From: an uncultured bacterium
Lineage (GTDB): Bacteria; Abyssobacteria; SURF-5
Assembly (NCBI GenBank): GCA_964607485.1
Contig: CAZSKP010000013.1
Span: 55,799-119,798, forward strand
DNA: 64,000 bases
Direction of reading: 5' to 3'
How positions within the stretch are numbered: the stretch's first letter is position 1; each line of letters starts with the position of its first letter. The notes below the pieces were generated by a model. It worked only from the letters and a program-made list of their open reading frames with translations, had not been told where the DNA came from and did not search any database. Position numbers and translations under genes: made by a program. This document shows, one piece after another, positions 48,484-64,000 of this stretch.

Positions 48484-49635
48484 CTATTCCACCACGATGC
48501 GCTCGTGTTCTTTGATGGCGTCTTCGTTCAGCTCGACGCCGAGGCCGGGCGTGTCAGGGATTTCGAAGTAGCCGTCCTTGGCCTTGGGCTCGAGCGGGCT
48601 CGTGACGAGCGCATAATGCTCGTCGCTGAAATAGGGGAACCATTCCTGTATTACGAAGTTCGTCATGCACGCGTCGAGCTGCACCGCTGCCGCCGTCGCG
48701 ACGGGGCCGGCGCAGTTGTGAGGCGCGACGACGAGGTTGTAGGTCTCGGCATACGTGGCGATCTTCTTCGTCTCGGTCAGGCCGCCCGCCAGGCCGATGT
48801 CGGGCTGCAGGATGTCGAGCACTTGGTCTTCAATGTACTTGCGGAAGTGGTATCGACTGTACAGCCGCTCGCCCGCCGCGATGGGCACGTTGACGTGCTC
48901 GGACACCTTCTTCATGCTGTCCACGTTCAGCGCATCGACCGCCTCCTCGTAGAAGAACGGCGCAAACTCCTCCAGTTGCTTTCCTATCTGGATGGCCGAG
49001 GTGGTGCCGAGGTTGCCGTGGCATTCTATGAGGATGTCCACGTCGGGCCCGACGGCCTTGCGCACCGCCTTCACCCTCTCATACACGCACCGTGCCATGT
49101 CCTTCTCGATGACGCGGCCCGGATAGCCCCAGCTCCCGTCGGGCTGTATGGCGAATGGGTCGAACTTCATGGCGGTGTAGCCGTCGTTGACGACCTTCAT
49201 GGCTTTCTCGGCGTATTCCTCAGGCTCCGACGCGCCGACGTACCACCCGTTCGCGTACAGTCGAATCCGGTCGCGGCATCTGCCGCCGAGCAGCTCGTAC
49301 GCCGGCACCTTCAGCGCCTTGCCCTTGATGTCATACAGCGCCTCGTCGATACCGCTCATCGCGCCGTACACGACCGGTCCGCCGCCCTGTCCCCAAAACG
49401 TGTCCCGGAACATCCGGTCCCAGAGATACTCGATGCGGAACGGATCTTCGCCGAGCAGCAGGAACTGGGCGATTTCCTTCACCATCTTGGCTCCGGCCTC
49501 GCCGCCGAGGCCATAGGCGAGAGCGACCTCGCCTATCCCGGAGATGTTTTTGTCGGTATGAATGCGGACCATCACGGGATTCATCCATGCGCGCGGCGGC
49601 GGGGCGTTAAGAATCTCGATTCGGGTAATCTTCAT
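48484..49635 (-). CDS. Mandelate racemase/galactonate dehydratase-like enolase-superfamily enzyme
   Basis: GIDEALYDIKGK, KFD, ECH, YEE, GERL, APHN, PGLGVEL. Confidence 0.88.
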   Translation of the reverse strand: MKITRIEILNAPPPRAWMNPVMVRIHTDKNISGIGEVALAYGLGGEAGAKMVKEIAQFLLLGEDPFRIEYLWDRMFRDTFWGQGGGPVVYGAMSGIDEALYDIKGKALKVPAYELLGGRCRDRIRLYANGWYVGASEPEEYAEKAMKVVNDGYTAMKFDPFAIQPDGSWGYPGRVIEKDMARCVYERVKAVRKAVGPDVDILIECHGNLGTTSAIQIGKQLEEFAPFFYEEAVDALNVDSMKKVSEHVNVPIAAGERLYSRYHFRKYIEDQVLDILQPDIGLAGGLTETKKIATYAETYNLVVAPHNCAGPVATAAAVQLDACMTNFVIQEWFPYFSDEHYALVTSPLEPKAKDGYFEIPDTPGLGVELNEDAIKEHERIVVE

Positions 49636-49698
49636 CGCTCTTCCTCCTCTTCACAGTGACCGGGATGGGGTATCCATGTTATCGAATTCTCGCGCTCT

Positions 49699-52032
49699 TT
49701 ACAAGCGCACCATTGTTCGTTTCAGCTCTGCCTGCTTCACACGCGGCTTTCCATCGACCTTAATTTCGAGACCCTGAGCGGAATGCCACGCGACATCGAC
49801 CGAATGTCCCCTGAACGGAACACCGGTAAGCGTGAAATGGTCGAGCCCAAACGGAAGCGGATCGACCACAAACGCCTCGTCATCGACGGGCCGGAACCCG
49901 GCGACGTACTTGATTATCAGGTTAACTACCCACGAGTGCTGGTAATCGTCGCAGCCTCGGTATTCGCATGGCCGGCCCGTGAGCGGGTTGTAGTGCTCAA
50001 AGCAATTCGGCCTTCCGACGTCGCCGTCGAAGAACATCATCCGGACGAATTTTCTGATGAGTTCCGCCGCCCTCGGCTTCAGGCCCGGGTCGAGTTCGAA
50101 CGAGGCGCGCGCGAGGGCCTCGCACACGTGGCTGTTGGTCATCGGCCACGTGCGGCCGTTCCACGGACAGTTGCGCCTCATTCCCTTCCATTCCGGCGTT
50201 GTCGAAAACAGCTCGTCGTTGGCGCTCGACGAGGGCACAGGGTGTTCGGTCCAGAATTCATCGGGATTGAGGAGGTGGTTTCGTAGCGCGCCGAGGTGTT
50301 CTTCTCCGGCGACGTCCGTCATGAATGGGTAGAAACACACGGCCGACTTCGAGCGCAGCTTCTGCATGGTATCGGCATTGAGGTCGCAAAACATCTCAGA
50401 CGAGCTGTCCCACATCTCTTCTCTGATGGCTTTGGCTGTGGCCCGGGCTCGTTCGAGCCACCGGGCTGCCTCCTCCTTCTTTCCGAGCCGGAGAGCTATC
50501 TTTGCCAGCGCGGCTTTGGTTTCGTAAAGATACACCGATGCGTCAACTCCCTTGATTGGCGGGTTGAGTGCCAGCCACATGTCGCCGTAGGGGTCGGCCT
50601 CGACATAGCGGGGCATGTACTCTTGGCCCGTTTCCCCCTGGTTTATGACGTCGTACAGGTGGGTTTGCTTCTCGTCGCGCACCTTGTCGAAAAATTCCAC
50701 GCAGCGGCAGAGCGCAGGGTAAGCTTTCTCAAGAAAATTGGCATCCGGATGCAACTCGTCCACTGCGAGCACGGCTCTGCCCCAGTTCGCGTGGTAGATC
50801 GCCTCGCGGTCGCTTTTGACATCGTAGTCGGTGCGGTCCCTCGCACCGATCTTGGCCGGGAAATGGCCCGCGTCGGCCTGATTTTCGAAAAAATTCAGAA
50901 CCGAGCCCTGCCCGAGCGCCGGACTGTGCATCCAGCGAGTCTCGAGCGCGTGACATTGAGCGCTGTAGCTTATCAGGTTTCTGAACCAGCCTATGTTGGG
51001 TCCCTCGAAAACACAGGGATGCTTCAGGTTGTCACGGCCGAATTCGATTCGGTTGAGATTGATTCCGTACCATCTGTACCAGTAATATTTTTCAAAGTAC
51101 TCGTCTGAACAGGTGAAGTGAGGGACGGAGGAAAAGAAATCGTTCCAGGCGGCCGCGCTCTTCGAAATGGGGTCGCTCGAGAGCGTCTGCCTCAACAGGC
51201 TCTCTGTCTTTTCCGGCTCAAGCCCGAGCGACATCGACACCGTCCTTTCGCACGCGCCGCGGGCCGGTATGAGCATCTTGAAGTGCAGAGCGAGGTACAC
51301 ATGACGAAGCGTCAGCACATTGGCGCCCGGAATGTTTCGGGTTGTGTTCCGATTCGAGAGATGTCCCGCGGCTATATCCTCCGTGAAAGGGGCGAGCTTC
51401 CAGAAAGGAAAATTCGATTCCGCCACAGTGGGATTCTCAGAGATCAGCGCGGCGAAGGAATCGGCCTCGACGTCGCCCGCAAGAACGTGAAGTATTTCCA
51501 GCGGGTCGTCGTCGAGCAGTTCAATTTCCTCGGCGGCCATAGTGGTTGCGTAGCACTTCTTCCGGAAAGAGAATGCGGAAGCGTCGATTCGGACAGTGTC
51601 TTGTTCGCCAACGCTCAGCCTGTCCGCCGGCTGACACGTCCAGACTATCAGATGAATTGTCCGGTTCGTGTCGGACCGGTTCCGCACGGTGAACTTTGCC
51701 GCGAGGTTGTCGGTTTTGAGAACGCACCTCTCCTCGACGACCGATAGATCGCCTGCTGTGTATTCCTGTCGGAGCCGGGACGGGTTCCAATTCCTCTCTT
51801 CGAGGCGCAGTTCGATTTCCTGCAGATGTTCGTCGAGGAAAGTGGCTGTGAAAAAGGGCCGGAGCTTGAAATTCACAAAATAGCCGGCGTCCCAGTACCC
51901 GGGCTTATCCAAGAAGAGGGGAAACCCGGGCGCCCAAAGCGTCGCTCCTCCACCTCCCAGGTACCACTTGTCGTTCCTCTCGAGGAATTCGAGTACGGGT
52001 TTGTCTGAAACGTGGACGACCGTGCCTTTCAA
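49699..52032 (-). CDS. GH63/trehalase-like (alpha/alpha)6 glycoside hydrolase
   Basis: W.G..WP..N, FEHYNPLTG, ETGQE..PRY, C-terminal beta domain; TTG start behind GGAG. Confidence 0.65.
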   Translation of the reverse strand: MKGTVVHVSDKPVLEFLERNDKWYLGGGGATLWAPGFPLFLDKPGYWDAGYFVNFKLRPFFTATFLDEHLQEIELRLEERNWNPSRLRQEYTAGDLSVVEERCVLKTDNLAAKFTVRNRSDTNRTIHLIVWTCQPADRLSVGEQDTVRIDASAFSFRKKCYATTMAAEEIELLDDDPLEILHVLAGDVEADSFAALISENPTVAESNFPFWKLAPFTEDIAAGHLSNRNTTRNIPGANVLTLRHVYLALHFKMLIPARGACERTVSMSLGLEPEKTESLLRQTLSSDPISKSAAAWNDFFSSVPHFTCSDEYFEKYYWYRWYGINLNRIEFGRDNLKHPCVFEGPNIGWFRNLISYSAQCHALETRWMHSPALGQGSVLNFFENQADAGHFPAKIGARDRTDYDVKSDREAIYHANWGRAVLAVDELHPDANFLEKAYPALCRCVEFFDKVRDEKQTHLYDVINQGETGQEYMPRYVEADPYGDMWLALNPPIKGVDASVYLYETKAALAKIALRLGKKEEAARWLERARATAKAIREEMWDSSSEMFCDLNADTMQKLRSKSAVCFYPFMTDVAGEEHLGALRNHLLNPDEFWTEHPVPSSSANDELFSTTPEWKGMRRNCPWNGRTWPMTNSHVCEALARASFELDPGLKPRAAELIRKFVRMMFFDGDVGRPNCFEHYNPLTGRPCEYRGCDDYQHSWVVNLIIKYVAGFRPVDDEAFVVDPLPFGLDHFTLTGVPFRGHSVDVAWHSAQGLEIKVDGKPRVKQAELKRTMVRL

Positions 52033-52109
52033 TTCCGATGCTCCTGTCTGCCGGTTCGGCGGATGCTGAGCTCGCTTATTGTTCGCTGCGCAAAGGCAAT
52101 AGCCTATTC

Positions 52110-52215
52110 GTCATTCTGAGCGAAGCGAAGAATCTCTGTCTTGAGATAAGAATTTCCAGAAAAATGAGAGATTCTTCGTCGCCCGGGTCTGCGACCCTTC
52201 GCTCCTCAGAATGAC
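52110..52215. repeat. GTCATTCTGAG-type palindromic repeat element (REP/MITE-like)
   Basis: Terminal IR GTCATTCTGAG/CTCAGAATGAC and inner IR CGAAGAATCTC/GAGATTCTTCG. Confidence 0.75.
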
Positions 52216-52454
52216 AGTTCTGATAGACTCTCGAAACAAGATGCTGTTTGGGCAACACTCCGTAAGGTTCTGAAAAACAGCGAGCACATTCTACCATTTT
52301 GGCCGATTGACTTCCAAGTCGGGGCTCTGGTTGTCCCTTGTTCCCCATGTGGCTTCCACAGAAATGGTTGCCCCATTCTCCCCGCGTCTCGGAGTCATTT
52401 GGACAGCGAGCCGTCACGCCCATGCTTCTTGTGAGGGCGGCCCGAAAAAAGTGC

Positions 52455-52483
52455 TTGACAGATCTATTATTTGATGATATATT
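52455..52483 (+). promoter_or_regulatory. Dedicated sigma70 promoter for rpoBC
   Basis: TTGACA-17 nt-TATATT with extended TG and an A-tract upstream. Confidence 0.8.
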
Positions 52484-52599
52484 TAGAGATTGCTTGACTG
52501 CTCGACGAAGTCCCAAAATCCTTACTCTAACTAATTTCGAGTGAGGGACCCGTATATCCCACTCTCTCGCACAACTAAACCTGTTGGGGGCATGACCTT

Positions 52600-55500
52600 A
52601 TGGCATCCAAGAAAGCCATGACGACGGAAAGATATTCTTTTGCGAAGAACCCGGACATCGTAGAACTTCCCAATCTGATAGAAATTCAGAGGGAGTCCTA
52701 TGACAATTTTCTCCAGATGGACAAACCGCCCGAGACACGCGAGAATGAAGGTCTGCAAGCGGTCTTTCAGGACGTGTTTCCCATTGTCTCGCACGACGGC
52801 CTGTCCTCGCTCGAATTTGTGAGCTATTCCCTCAGTTCACCCAAGTATTCCGTGGCCGAATGTCAGAAACGGGGCATGACGTTTGCCGCGTCCCTGAAGG
52901 CCAAAATCAGGTTGGTCCTCTACGAGGAAGACCCCAGCGGCAACAAGCAGCCCATCGCGATAAAGGAGCAGGATGTATTCGTCGGCGAGCTGCCCCTGAT
53001 GACCGAGAAAGGCACCTTCATCATCAACGGCGCCGAGCGCGTGGTGGTGAGCCAGTTGCATCGTTCGCCGGGAGTCTGCTTCGAGGAGAAGCAGCATCCC
53101 AGCGGCCGCATGTTGCTCTCCGGTCGGATAATCCCCTACCGGGGCGCCTGGGTGGAGTTCGAGTTCGACATCAACGACGTCCTCTACATGCACATCGACC
53201 GGCGCACGCGCATCGTGGCCACCGCTCTGCTGAGGGCGTTGGGATATGAGACCGACGACGAGATTCTCGCCCTTTTCTACGAAATCGAGGATGTCAGGCT
53301 CGGCCAGGTGAAGGCCATGACCGAGGGCTCGCGCTTTGACATCGAGCAGTTGATCGACCGGTACCTGGCAAAGGACGTCGTGGACGTGACCACAGGAGAG
53401 GTGATCGCCTCGTCCCGGGAGAAGATAACGAAGACGCTGCTGGCAACCTTGCAGGACAGGGGCGTCAAGGAGATCTCGATCCTGAAGTTCAAGTCGGCCA
53501 ACGAGACGGTGGCCCTGCTGAAGACACTCGACGCCGACCACGTCAAGACCACGACCGAGGCGCTCATCGAGGTGTACAGACGCATCCGTCCCGGCGACCC
53601 GGCGACCGTGAACACGGCCAAGACATTGTTTGAAAAGACCTTTTTCGACCCGTCCCGGTACAATCTGTCGCCGGTCGGCAGGTACAAGATAAACAGAAAG
53701 CTGAATCTCAGCATTCCCATGGAGACGCTTACCCTCCGGCCGGAGGACGTGATAGAAACCATTCGCTACCTCATAAACCTCAAGAACGGCCAGGGTCAGA
53801 TCGACGACATCGACCATCTCGGCAACCGCCGCGTCCGCTCCGTGGGAGAACTGTTGGCCAACCAGATACGCATCGGGCTCGTCCGCATGGAGCGCACCAT
53901 CAAGGAGCGCATGAACTTTCAGGAGATGGATGCCGTCACGCCCCAAAGCCTGATCAATCCGAAACCGGTGAGCGCCGTCATAAAGGATTTCTTCGGCCGA
54001 AGCCAGCTTTCTCACTTCATGGACCAGACCAACCCCCTGGCCGAACTGACGCACAAGCGCCGCCTGAGCGCCCTCGGTCCGGGAGGCTTGAGCCGCGAGA
54101 GGGCGGGCTTCGAGGTGCGCGACGTTCACCCGACCCATTACGGCAGAATCTGTCCCGTGGAAACGCCGGAAGGCCCCAATATCGGCCTGATGGCATCCCT
54201 GAGCACCTATGCGAGGATTAACAAGTTCGGATTTCTGGAGACGCCGTACCGCAAGGTGGAAAAGGGGAGAGTCACCGAAAAGGTCGATTACCTTTCGGCA
54301 TACGAAGAAGACCGCTACGTCATCGCCCAGGCCAACGCACCCCTGGACAAACGTAACCGATTCCTGAACGAGCTCGCCCTTTGCCGGCACCTGGGCGACT
54401 TCAAGTTGATGCCTTCCGAATCGATAGAGTACATGGACGTCTCCCCCAAGCAGCTCGTCAGCGTCGCCGCCGCGCTGGTGCCGTTTCTCGAGCACGACGA
54501 CGCGAACCGCGCGCTGATGGGCTCCAACATGCAGCGCCAGGCCGTGCCGCTCCTGCTGTCCGAGGCGCCGCTCGTGGGAACGGGCCTCGAAATGATCACG
54601 GCCAAAAATTCCGGCGCCGTCATCGTCGCCCAACACAGCGGCACCGTCGAGAGCGTCACCGCCGAGCGCATCATAGTGCGGCGCAGAGGCAGCGCGCCGG
54701 GCGGAGACGGGCCTCAGGAAGACATCTACTGGCTCCAGAAGTTCGTCCGGTCGAATCAGGGCACCTGCATAAACCAGAGGCCGATCGTCGGCGAAGGCGA
54801 ACGCGTGAAGAAGGGCCAAATAATCGCCGATGGGCCGGCGACCGACGGCGGCGAGCTTGCCCTGGGCTTCAACGTGCTCGTCGCGTTCATGCCGTGGGAA
54901 GGATATAACTTCGAGGACGCCATACTCGTCAGCGAGAAGGTCGCCAAGGCCGACATCTTCACCTCCATCCACATTGAAGAGTTCGAGATCGAAGCCCGCG
55001 ACACCAAGCTTGGGCGGGAGGAGATTACGGCCGACATACCCAACGTCAGCGAGGACGCCTTGAAAGACCTCGACGAAGACGGCATCGTCCGCATCGGGGC
55101 CGAGGTCGGCCACGGCGATATCCTCGTCGGCAAGGTCAGCCCCAAGGGCGAGACCGAGCTGGCGCCGGAGGAAAAGCTGCTCAGGGCGATTTTCGGGGAG
55201 AAAGCCGAAAACGTGCGCGACGCCTCGCTCCGGGTGCCTCCGGGCGTCGAAGGCACGGTCATAGACGTTAAGGTGTTCTCCCGAAAGGAACGCGCACAGG
55301 GCGAGAAAGCGAAGATAAGCGAAAAGAGGGAACAGAAAAAGATCGAGCAAAGGTTTGCCTATGAGATCACACGACTGCACGCCGAATGCATGGAGGCGGC
55401 CAAGAAACTCCTGGAAGGCGCACGGGCGAGCAAGGATGTGATAGACGGCAAGACCGAAGAGGTCATCTTCAAGCAGCGACACATCATCCGCGACGAAGAC

Positions 55501-56466
55501 CTCGAAGCGGCCAATTACGCGCACCTTTTCCAGCTCAAGGTCTCCGACAAAGACATCCAGGCCGGGCTTGAAACGCTCCTCATGCAGACGCAGGAGCGCG
55601 AAAACCGTCTCTTCGCCCAGAAAGATCAGGCACTGGACCTGCTGAAAAAGGGCGATGAGCTTCCCCCCGGCGTCATTAAGATGGTGAAGGTGTACATCGC
55701 CGCCAAGCGCAAGCTCTCGGTGGGCGACAAGATGGCGGGCCGCCACGGCAACAAGGGCGTCGTGGCGAAGATACTCCCCGAGGAGGACATGCCCTTCCTG
55801 CCCGATGGCACGCCCGTCGAAATCATACTGAACCCCTTGGGAGTGCCCTCGCGGATGAACGTCGGCCAGATACTTGAGTCGCACCTCGGATGGGCCACTC
55901 AGAAACTGGGCATGAAGGTGACCTCGCCGGTGTTCAGCGGGGCAGACGAGGACGAAATAAAGGCGTTCCTGAAGAAGGCGGGCCTCCCGGAAGACGGAAA
56001 GACGTTGCTCTACGATGGACGCACGGGCCGGCCGTTCGACCAAGAGGTCACCGTCGGCTACATCTACATGATGAAACTGGCGCACCTTGTGGACGACAAG
56101 ATCCACGCCCGCGCCATTGGACCCTATTCCCTCGTCACGCAACAGCCTCTCGGCGGAAAAGCTCAGTTCGGCGGCCAGAGGTTCGGCGAGATGGAGGTGT
56201 GGGCGCTGGAGGCATACGGAGCGGCCAACATTCTGCAGGAGCTTTTGACCATCAAGAGCGACGATGTGACCGGCCGCGCCAAGGCGTACGAGGCAATCGT
56301 GAAGGGCCAACAGCACCTTGAAACGGGCACACCCGAGTCGTTCAACGTGCTTCTGAAAGAAATGCAGGGCCTTTGCCTTGATGTTCAGAAGCTGAAGAAA
56401 ACAGAAGAGGAAACCAAAGAAGATCCCCCAAAGGTCGTTGACCCGCTTGGAGGAGGACTCCCTTAA
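52600..56466 (+). CDS. rpoB: RNA polymerase beta subunit
   Basis: [35 protein letters not shown]. Confidence 0.99.
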   Translation: MASKKAMTTERYSFAKNPDIVELPNLIEIQRESYDNFLQMDKPPETRENEGLQAVFQDVFPIVSHDGLSSLEFVSYSLSSPKYSVAECQKRGMTFAASLKAKIRLVLYEEDPSGNKQPIAIKEQDVFVGELPLMTEKGTFIINGAERVVVSQLHRSPGVCFEEKQHPSGRMLLSGRIIPYRGAWVEFEFDINDVLYMHIDRRTRIVATALLRALGYETDDEILALFYEIEDVRLGQVKAMTEGSRFDIEQLIDRYLAKDVVDVTTGEVIASSREKITKTLLATLQDRGVKEISILKFKSANETVALLKTLDADHVKTTTEALIEVYRRIRPGDPATVNTAKTLFEKTFFDPSRYNLSPVGRYKINRKLNLSIPMETLTLRPEDVIETIRYLINLKNGQGQIDDIDHLGNRRVRSVGELLANQIRIGLVRMERTIKERMNFQEMDAVTPQSLINPKPVSAVIKDFFGRSQLSHFMDQTNPLAELTHKRRLSALGPGGLSRERAGFEVRDVHPTHYGRICPVETPEGPNIGLMASLSTYARINKFGFLETPYRKVEKGRVTEKVDYLSAYEEDRYVIAQANAPLDKRNRFLNELALCRHLGDFKLMPSESIEYMDVSPKQLVSVAAALVPFLEHDDANRALMGSNMQRQAVPLLLSEAPLVGTGLEMITAKNSGAVIVAQHSGTVESVTAERIIVRRRGSAPGGDGPQEDIYWLQKFVRSNQGTCINQRPIVGEGERVKKGQIIADGPATDGGELALGFNVLVAFMPWEGYNFEDAILVSEKVAKADIFTSIHIEEFEIEARDTKLGREEITADIPNVSEDALKDLDEDGIVRIGAEVGHGDILVGKVSPKGETELAPEEKLLRAIFGEKAENVRDASLRVPPGVEGTVIDVKVFSRKERAQGEKAKISEKREQKKIEQRFAYEITRLHAECMEAAKKLLEGARASKDVIDGKTEEVIFKQRHIIRDEDLEAANYAHLFQLKVSDKDIQAGLETLLMQTQERENRLFAQKDQALDLLKKGDELPPGVIKMVKVYIAAKRKLSVGDKMAGRHGNKGVVAKILPEEDMPFLPDGTPVEIILNPLGVPSRMNVGQILESHLGWATQKLGMKVTSPVFSGADEDEIKAFLKKAGLPEDGKTLLYDGRTGRPFDQEVTVGYIYMMKLAHLVDDKIHARAIGPYSLVTQQPLGGKAQFGGQRFGEMEVWALEAYGAANILQELLTIKSDDVTGRAKAYEAIVKGQQHLETGTPESFNVLLKEMQGLCLDVQKLKKTEEETKEDPPKVVDPLGGGLP

Positions 56467-56487
56467 AGAGCAGGAGGGATTGAAAAG

Positions 56488-60560
<4,073 letters not shown>

Positions 60561-60564
<4 letters not shown>

Positions 60565-60589
60565 CAAAGCATAACGTTATAAGTATACT
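60561..60589 (+). promoter_or_regulatory. str operon promoter
   Basis: TTGACA (contains the rpoC TGA)-17 nt-TATACT. Confidence 0.8.
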
Positions 60590-60685
60590 TAATTTCTGTG
60601 CCCAGAGCGGGCAGTTCGAATAACGTGTGCTTGGCAATATGCCGAGCGCGAGGGGAAAAACTAACCAGAGGAGTGGGAGCCGAAA

Positions 60686-61057
60686 TTGCCCACCATAAGT
60701 CAGTTGGTGAAAAAGGGGCGCACAAGGCCGAGAACCAAGACCACGGCGCCCGCCCTGCAAAGATGCCCTCAACGTCGTGGCGTCTGCACCAGGGTCTACA
60801 CCGTGACTCCCAAGAAGCCCAACTCCGCCCTGCGGAAAGTTGCAAGGGTAAGGTTGACCAACGGGATAGAGATCACAACTTATATTCCGGGAGTCGGCCA
60901 CAACCTGCAAGAACACTCGGTTGTGCTCGTAAGAGGCGGAAGGGTTAAGGACATACCGGGCGTCCGTTACCACATCATACGGGGCACCCTGGACACCATG
61001 GGCGTTCAGGACCGCCGTCGCGGACGCTCTAAGTACGGCGCAAAACGGCCCAAGTAG
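60686..61057 (+). CDS. rpsL: 30S ribosomal protein S12
   Basis: [25 protein letters not shown] start. Confidence 0.99.
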   Translation: MPTISQLVKKGRTRPRTKTTAPALQRCPQRRGVCTRVYTVTPKKPNSALRKVARVRLTNGIEITTYIPGVGHNLQEHSVVLVRGGRVKDIPGVRYHIIRGTLDTMGVQDRRRGRSKYGAKRPK

Positions 61058-61180
61058 GGGCCGAAGACGCATACGGCCGGCACCACGGATTGTCCTCACG
61101 ACGCAGCGGGAGTTACAGTTTCCCCAAGACGAAGTGAAGAGCGAACGTGATGCCGATTTTTATTGCCAGGAGATAGGCAG

Positions 61181-61651
61181 ATGCCTCGAAGGAAAGCAGC
61201 CGTAAAACGTGTGCCGCTTCCCGACCCCAAGTACAACAGCGAACTGGTCTCCAGCTTCATCAACACGCTCATGATGCGGGGCAAGAAGGGGTTGGTCGAG
61301 AAGACGGTGTACGAGGCGCTCGAACTCGCCGCCAAGAAGCTCAACGTCGATGTGCTCGACGTGTTTCACAAAGCGTTGAACAACGTCAAGCCCGTGCTCG
61401 AGGTGAAGTCCAGGAGAGTCGGCGGTTCGACCTATCAGGTTCCGGTCGAGGTGAGACCGGAAAGGAGAACGAGCCTGGCGATGCGGTGGATCATATCCTA
61501 CGCTCGTCAACGCAACGAGAAAACGATGAAAGAAAAACTTGCCGGCGAACTCGTCGACGCCTACAAGGGCGAGGGAGCGTCGGTGAAGAAGAGAGAGGAC
61601 ACACACCGCATGGCGGAGGCCAACAGGGCTTTCGCGCACTACAGGTGGTAA
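61181..61651 (+). CDS. rpsG: 30S ribosomal protein S7
   Basis: [27 protein letters not shown]. Confidence 0.99.
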   Translation: MPRRKAAVKRVPLPDPKYNSELVSSFINTLMMRGKKGLVEKTVYEALELAAKKLNVDVLDVFHKALNNVKPVLEVKSRRVGGSTYQVPVEVRPERRTSLAMRWIISYARQRNEKTMKEKLAGELVDAYKGEGASVKKREDTHRMAEANRAFAHYRW

Positions 61652-61717
61652 TGCCGAGGGCTTGGGCCGGGCGGGGTCGTCCGGGCTCCAGGCCTTCTTC
61701 TAAGGATACATCAGGTT

Positions 61718-63892
61718 ATGAAAAGCGAAGCAGCACGAAAACTCAACGGCAAGCGCAAGCCGCCCACGGTCGGCTCCGGAAACGCCCAGACCAAACAGCC
61801 TTCGCTCGACAAGGCGGACCAGCGGAGCACCCTCTTGAACACGCGCAACATCGGCATAATGGCCCATATCGACGCCGGAAAGACGACGATCACCGAACGC
61901 ATACTCTACTACACGGGCCGCACGTACAAGATGGGCGAGGTCCACGAGGGCGCCGCCGAGATGGACTGGATGGAGCAGGAAAAGGAGCGCGGCATAACGA
62001 TCACGTCGGCGGCCACGACCTGCTATTGGAAAAATCACCGCATAAACATCATCGACACGCCCGGCCACGTCGATTTCACCGTCGAGGTCGAACGCTCGCT
62101 GCGCGTGCTCGACGGAGCCGTCGCCGTGTTCGACGGAGTCGCGGGGGTCGAGCCTCAGACGGAGACCGTCTGGCGGCAGGCCGACAGGTACCGCATCCCG
62201 CGCATCGCGTTCGCGAACAAGATGGACCGCGTGGGTGCGGACATGGACCTGTGCGTCAAGACAATGCGCTCGCGGCTCGCCACGAAGCCGCTTGTGCTGC
62301 AACTTCCCGTCGGCCGTGAGGAGACCTTCTGCGGCATGGTGGACCTCGTCCGCATGAAGGCCTATCGGTACAACGACGAGAGCCTCGGCGCGACTTACGA
62401 AGAAATGGAAATTCCGGACGAACTCCGCGATGCCGCCATGACGGCCCACCAGACCATGCTTGAAACGCTCGCCGAAGAGGACGATGAAATTACGGAAAAG
62501 TACCTCGAAGGAGAGCCCATTGCCCCCGAGGAGATGGAAGCGGCAATCCGCCGCTGCACGCTCGCGAACAAGCTCACGCCCGTGCTCTGCGGAGCAGCCT
62601 TCCGCAACAAGGGTATTCAGCTTCTCCTCGATGCGGTAATCAAATACCTGCCCTCCCCGCTCGATGTCCCGCCCGTCCGGGGGATATCGCCCACGAAACA
62701 GAAAGAGGAAATCAGATATCCGAGCGACGACGAGCCATTCTCGGCGCTGGCCTTCAAGCTGATGAGCGACCCGTTTGTGGGCAAGCTCACCTATTTCCGT
62801 GTCTATTCCGGCACGACGAAAACAGGCCAGATGGTATACAATCCCGTGCGCAAGGCGAGGCAGCGCATCGGCAGGCTGCTCCTCATGCACGCAAACAAGC
62901 GTCAGGATGTTTCCGTCGTTCGCGCGGGCGACATCGTCGCCGCGGTCGGCCTGAAGGAGACCACCACGGGCGACACGCTCTGCGACATCAACCACCAGAT
63001 AGTTCTGGAAAGCATGCAGTTCCCCGAGCCCGTCATCTCGGTCGCCATAGAGCCTAAGACGAAGGCCGATCAGGAAAAATTGAGCGGCGTGCTGTCGCGC
63101 CTCTCCGAGGAAGATCCGACCTTCAGGGTCAAGGTCGACCCCGAGACCGGCCAGACGATCATCGAGGGCATGGGAGAGCTTCACCTCGAAATAATCGTCG
63201 ACCGCATGCTGCGCGAATTCTCCGTCAAGGCCAACGTCGGCAAGCCCCAGGTCGCATACAAAGAAACTTTCACCAAGACCGCCCTCGGAGAGGGAAGGTT
63301 CGTCAAGCAAACGGGCGGACGCGGGCAGTACGGCCACGCCAAGATACAGGTCGATCCCCAGGAGGAGGGGAAGGGATTCGAATTCGTAAACAAGACCGTC
63401 GGCGGAGTCATTCCAAAAGAGTATATCCCGCACATCGAACGCGGCGTTCGCGAAGCGCTCGAAAACGGAGTTATCGCGGGCTACCCCGTCGTGGGCGTCA
63501 AGGTTACGCTGCTTGACGGGTCATACCACGAGGTCGATTCCTCGGATTTGGCCTTCAGGGTGGCTGGCTCGATGGCACTGCGCGACGCCGGTCGAAAGGC
63601 TGGCCCAGAGTTGCTCGAGCCCGTCATGAAGGTCGAAGTCGTGGTGCCCGAGGTGTACATGGGCGACGTGCTGGGAGACATCACCTCGAGGCGGGGCCGC
63701 GTCGAGGGCATCGAGACTCGCGGTGACACACGAATCGTAGACGCGGTCGTCCCGCTGGCCGAGATGTTCGGCTACGCGACCGATTTAAGGTCGAAGACGC
63801 AGGGAAGAGCCACATACACGATGCAGTTCTCACACTACGGCGAGATGCCCAAAGCCCTCGCCGATGCGATTGTCGAAAAGTTGACTGGATAG
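61718..63892 (+). CDS. fusA: Elongation factor G
   Basis: [24 protein letters not shown]; alternative TTG start at 61835. Confidence 0.98.
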   Translation: MKSEAARKLNGKRKPPTVGSGNAQTKQPSLDKADQRSTLLNTRNIGIMAHIDAGKTTITERILYYTGRTYKMGEVHEGAAEMDWMEQEKERGITITSAATTCYWKNHRINIIDTPGHVDFTVEVERSLRVLDGAVAVFDGVAGVEPQTETVWRQADRYRIPRIAFANKMDRVGADMDLCVKTMRSRLATKPLVLQLPVGREETFCGMVDLVRMKAYRYNDESLGATYEEMEIPDELRDAAMTAHQTMLETLAEEDDEITEKYLEGEPIAPEEMEAAIRRCTLANKLTPVLCGAAFRNKGIQLLLDAVIKYLPSPLDVPPVRGISPTKQKEEIRYPSDDEPFSALAFKLMSDPFVGKLTYFRVYSGTTKTGQMVYNPVRKARQRIGRLLLMHANKRQDVSVVRAGDIVAAVGLKETTTGDTLCDINHQIVLESMQFPEPVISVAIEPKTKADQEKLSGVLSRLSEEDPTFRVKVDPETGQTIIEGMGELHLEIIVDRMLREFSVKANVGKPQVAYKETFTKTALGEGRFVKQTGGRGQYGHAKIQVDPQEEGKGFEFVNKTVGGVIPKEYIPHIERGVREALENGVIAGYPVVGVKVTLLDGSYHEVDSSDLAFRVAGSMALRDAGRKAGPELLEPVMKVEVVVPEVYMGDVLGDITSRRGRVEGIETRGDTRIVDAVVPLAEMFGYATDLRSKTQGRATYTMQFSHYGEMPKALADAIVEKLTG

Positions 63893-63947
63893 CTTCAACT
63901 CATGGGGAGCGAGTTATTCAGGGCAGAATAAGGAGGCGGCATCAATC

Positions 63948-64000
63948 ATGGCCAAGCAGAAATTTGAGCGTACGAAGCCGCACGTGAACGTGGGGACGAT
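63948..64000 (+). CDS. tuf: Elongation factor Tu, 5' end truncated by the window edge
   Basis: MAKQKFERTKPHVNVGT behind AAGGAGG, directly after fusA. Confidence 0.95.
   Translation, partial: MAKQKFERTKPHVNVGT

Noticed and set aside
52076-52516. 146-aa and 68-aa ORFs upstream of rpoB, and the 143-aa ORF at 34645-35076
   Set aside because: They are translations of palindromic repeat elements and promoter DNA
52837-56316. 1159-aa minus-strand ORF, and similar long antisense ORFs (5688-7553, 11182-13077, 41040-43031, 46667-48310, 57931-60111, 61700-63433)
   Set aside because: Shadow frames opposite well-supported genes, expected in GC-rich DNA; no recognisable motifs
60686-61057. Streptomycin-resistance changes in S12
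   Set aside because: The PKKPNSA and RVKD lysines are wild type

Overview
GC-rich bacterial chromosomal window, probably from a diderm anaerobe (inferred from POR, IOR, an FrhB-like protein and an ExbBD motor; the lineage cannot be fixed from sequence alone). From left to right it holds: a GT-C membrane protein; cspA; a TPR-ExbB-ExbD-mini-TonB-Zn-ribbon module; rnr-argCJB; an FrhB-like/IorAB/amino-acid dehydrogenase/DUF2284 operon; tRNA-Ala(CGC); porCDAB; secreted proteins; a transcarboxylase-like operon whose carboxyltransferase gene is flanked by REP palindromes; an atypical sigma54 activator; an AT-rich orphan gene; a BirA-boxed biotin operon bioB-bioF-X-Y-bioD-bioA; pyk-bshC-bshB1-bshA; an enolase-superfamily/GH63-like pair; and rpoB-rpoC-rpsL-rpsG-fusA-tuf(partial). 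The best candidate for an undescribed system is the pair of Fe-S/Cys-His proteins inserted inside the biotin operon, which has no recognisable pimelate-supply gene. Other leads are the FrhB-coupled 2-oxoacid oxidation operon, a Glu-for-Asp receiver domain, and a natural RpoB Q513H at a rifampicin-contact residue. No CRISPR array, rRNA or transposase was seen. All calls come from reading motifs by eye; no database searches were run.
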